The translations under genes were made by a program, and so were the position numbers. Below are positions 63,081 to 64,000 of a stretch of DNA of 64,000 nucleotides, in pieces (position 1 is the stretch's first letter; every line of letters begins with the position of its first letter). The notes under the pieces were generated by a model. It was given only the letters and a program-made list of their open reading frames with translations. It ran no database searches and was not told where the DNA came from. The DNA is from Rhina ancylostomus. Taxonomy: Eukaryota. The stretch spans positions 29,603,240 through 29,667,239 of the forward strand of contig JARFYF010000022.1 of assembly GCA_030265395.1 (NCBI GenBank), given 5' to 3'.

Positions 63081-64000
63081 AATGAGGTTATGGTTTATTT
63101 GCCGCCATTCTTGGTGTAAATCTGGAAATGTGCAACTGGCTCCACTCTTCAGAACATCAGTGCTCCACTGCTGGGCTCAGTGGAGAGTCCAGCGGCACAA
63201 TAGGAGGCTAGAAGTGTCGGCATCAGACCTCGAGCACGCCTTGGCCTCCTGCCCTTGGTTGAGCACACATATTGAAAGCCAAGGTATGTTGANNNNNNNN
63301 NNNNNNNNNNNNNNNNNNNNNNNNNNNNNNNNNNNNNNNNNNNNNNNNNNNNNNNNNNNNNNGAAATCACAGGTAGTTCAGCACAGAGAGTAAAATCTGC
63401 CTGTATTCAGCAAACATCAACTTTTACTGCATTTAAAGAAAACATTTTTGGACAAGGAGCAGTATTTGCCACTGATCCGTGGAAACTCCTGTTGCTTGAA
63501 TATTAATAATTAGGCTATGAAGGGAGGTGGTTAGATCAGTTTAAATGCTGTTACTTCAGAAATCATAGGCACTGTTTGTCTTACTGTACTGAGCAGTTAG
63601 ATTCATTTATGTACCAGCCCTAGGAGTTAAACTTGCACGATGTAGTTTACATGAAACACAACTTTAAAAAAAATCAATACTTAATTGATGGAAAATTCAT
63701 AGTTACAAATCAACACTGAAGGTGCGCTTAATGGACATCTTTCTTGACAAAGTTACATGAATGGCATAGACTAACAGACAAACCAATGTTCTATTTTCTG
63801 TTGCCTTTGCTTGGAAATGGCTGGGCATTTTCACCTGTAAAAGCAATCTTTAGAAATAGTTGGCGGGGAGACACAGGATCACATATCGAATGAAGCCAGC
63901 TTTGAATTATTTCAGTACATCTGTCCCACTGATTGGCAGTCACTCCATGAAATGTAACATCAGATGTATTGTCCCTTATGGTATAAACACTTGCTTGATG

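Noticed and set aside
1-64000. The short ORFs in the six-frame track as genes
   Set aside because: All are 134 aa or shorter, many start at non-ATG codons or span Ns, and the recognisable ones are decayed TE frames; this is eukaryotic non-coding DNA

Overview
This is eukaryotic, AT-rich, repeat-dense non-coding DNA, either intergenic or a large intron, from a draft assembly with many short N gaps. The repeat complement points to a cartilaginous fish, most likely a batoid (ray, sawfish or guitarfish); this is an inference. The repeats include CR1, L2-group, RTE, Rex1/Babar and Tx1-like L1 LINEs, V-SINEs, DeuSINE/SacSINE-like SINEs, Penelope elements with palindromic termini, Gypsy LTRs and a Harbinger relic. 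There is no intact protein-coding gene, rRNA, tRNA or CRISPR array, and the supplied ORFs are chance ORFs or decayed transposon frames. The best non-TE signal is a probable 126-nt coding exon hidden by a likely spurious assembly gap (34058-34288). Other points of note are an internally deleted Gypsy element with a tRNA-Pro PBS inside a Tx1 zinc knuckle, a ~460-bp Harbinger Myb/SANT duplication bracketing 2.8 kb of foreign DNA, fossil hammerhead ribozymes in Penelope termini, V-SINEs with swapped LINE tails, an 11+12-bp higher-order minisatellite, and a few promoter- or enhancer-like motif clusters. I found no convincing new biological system. TE family calls come from motif recognition by eye, and most boundaries are approximate (tens of bp) unless termini are quoted.
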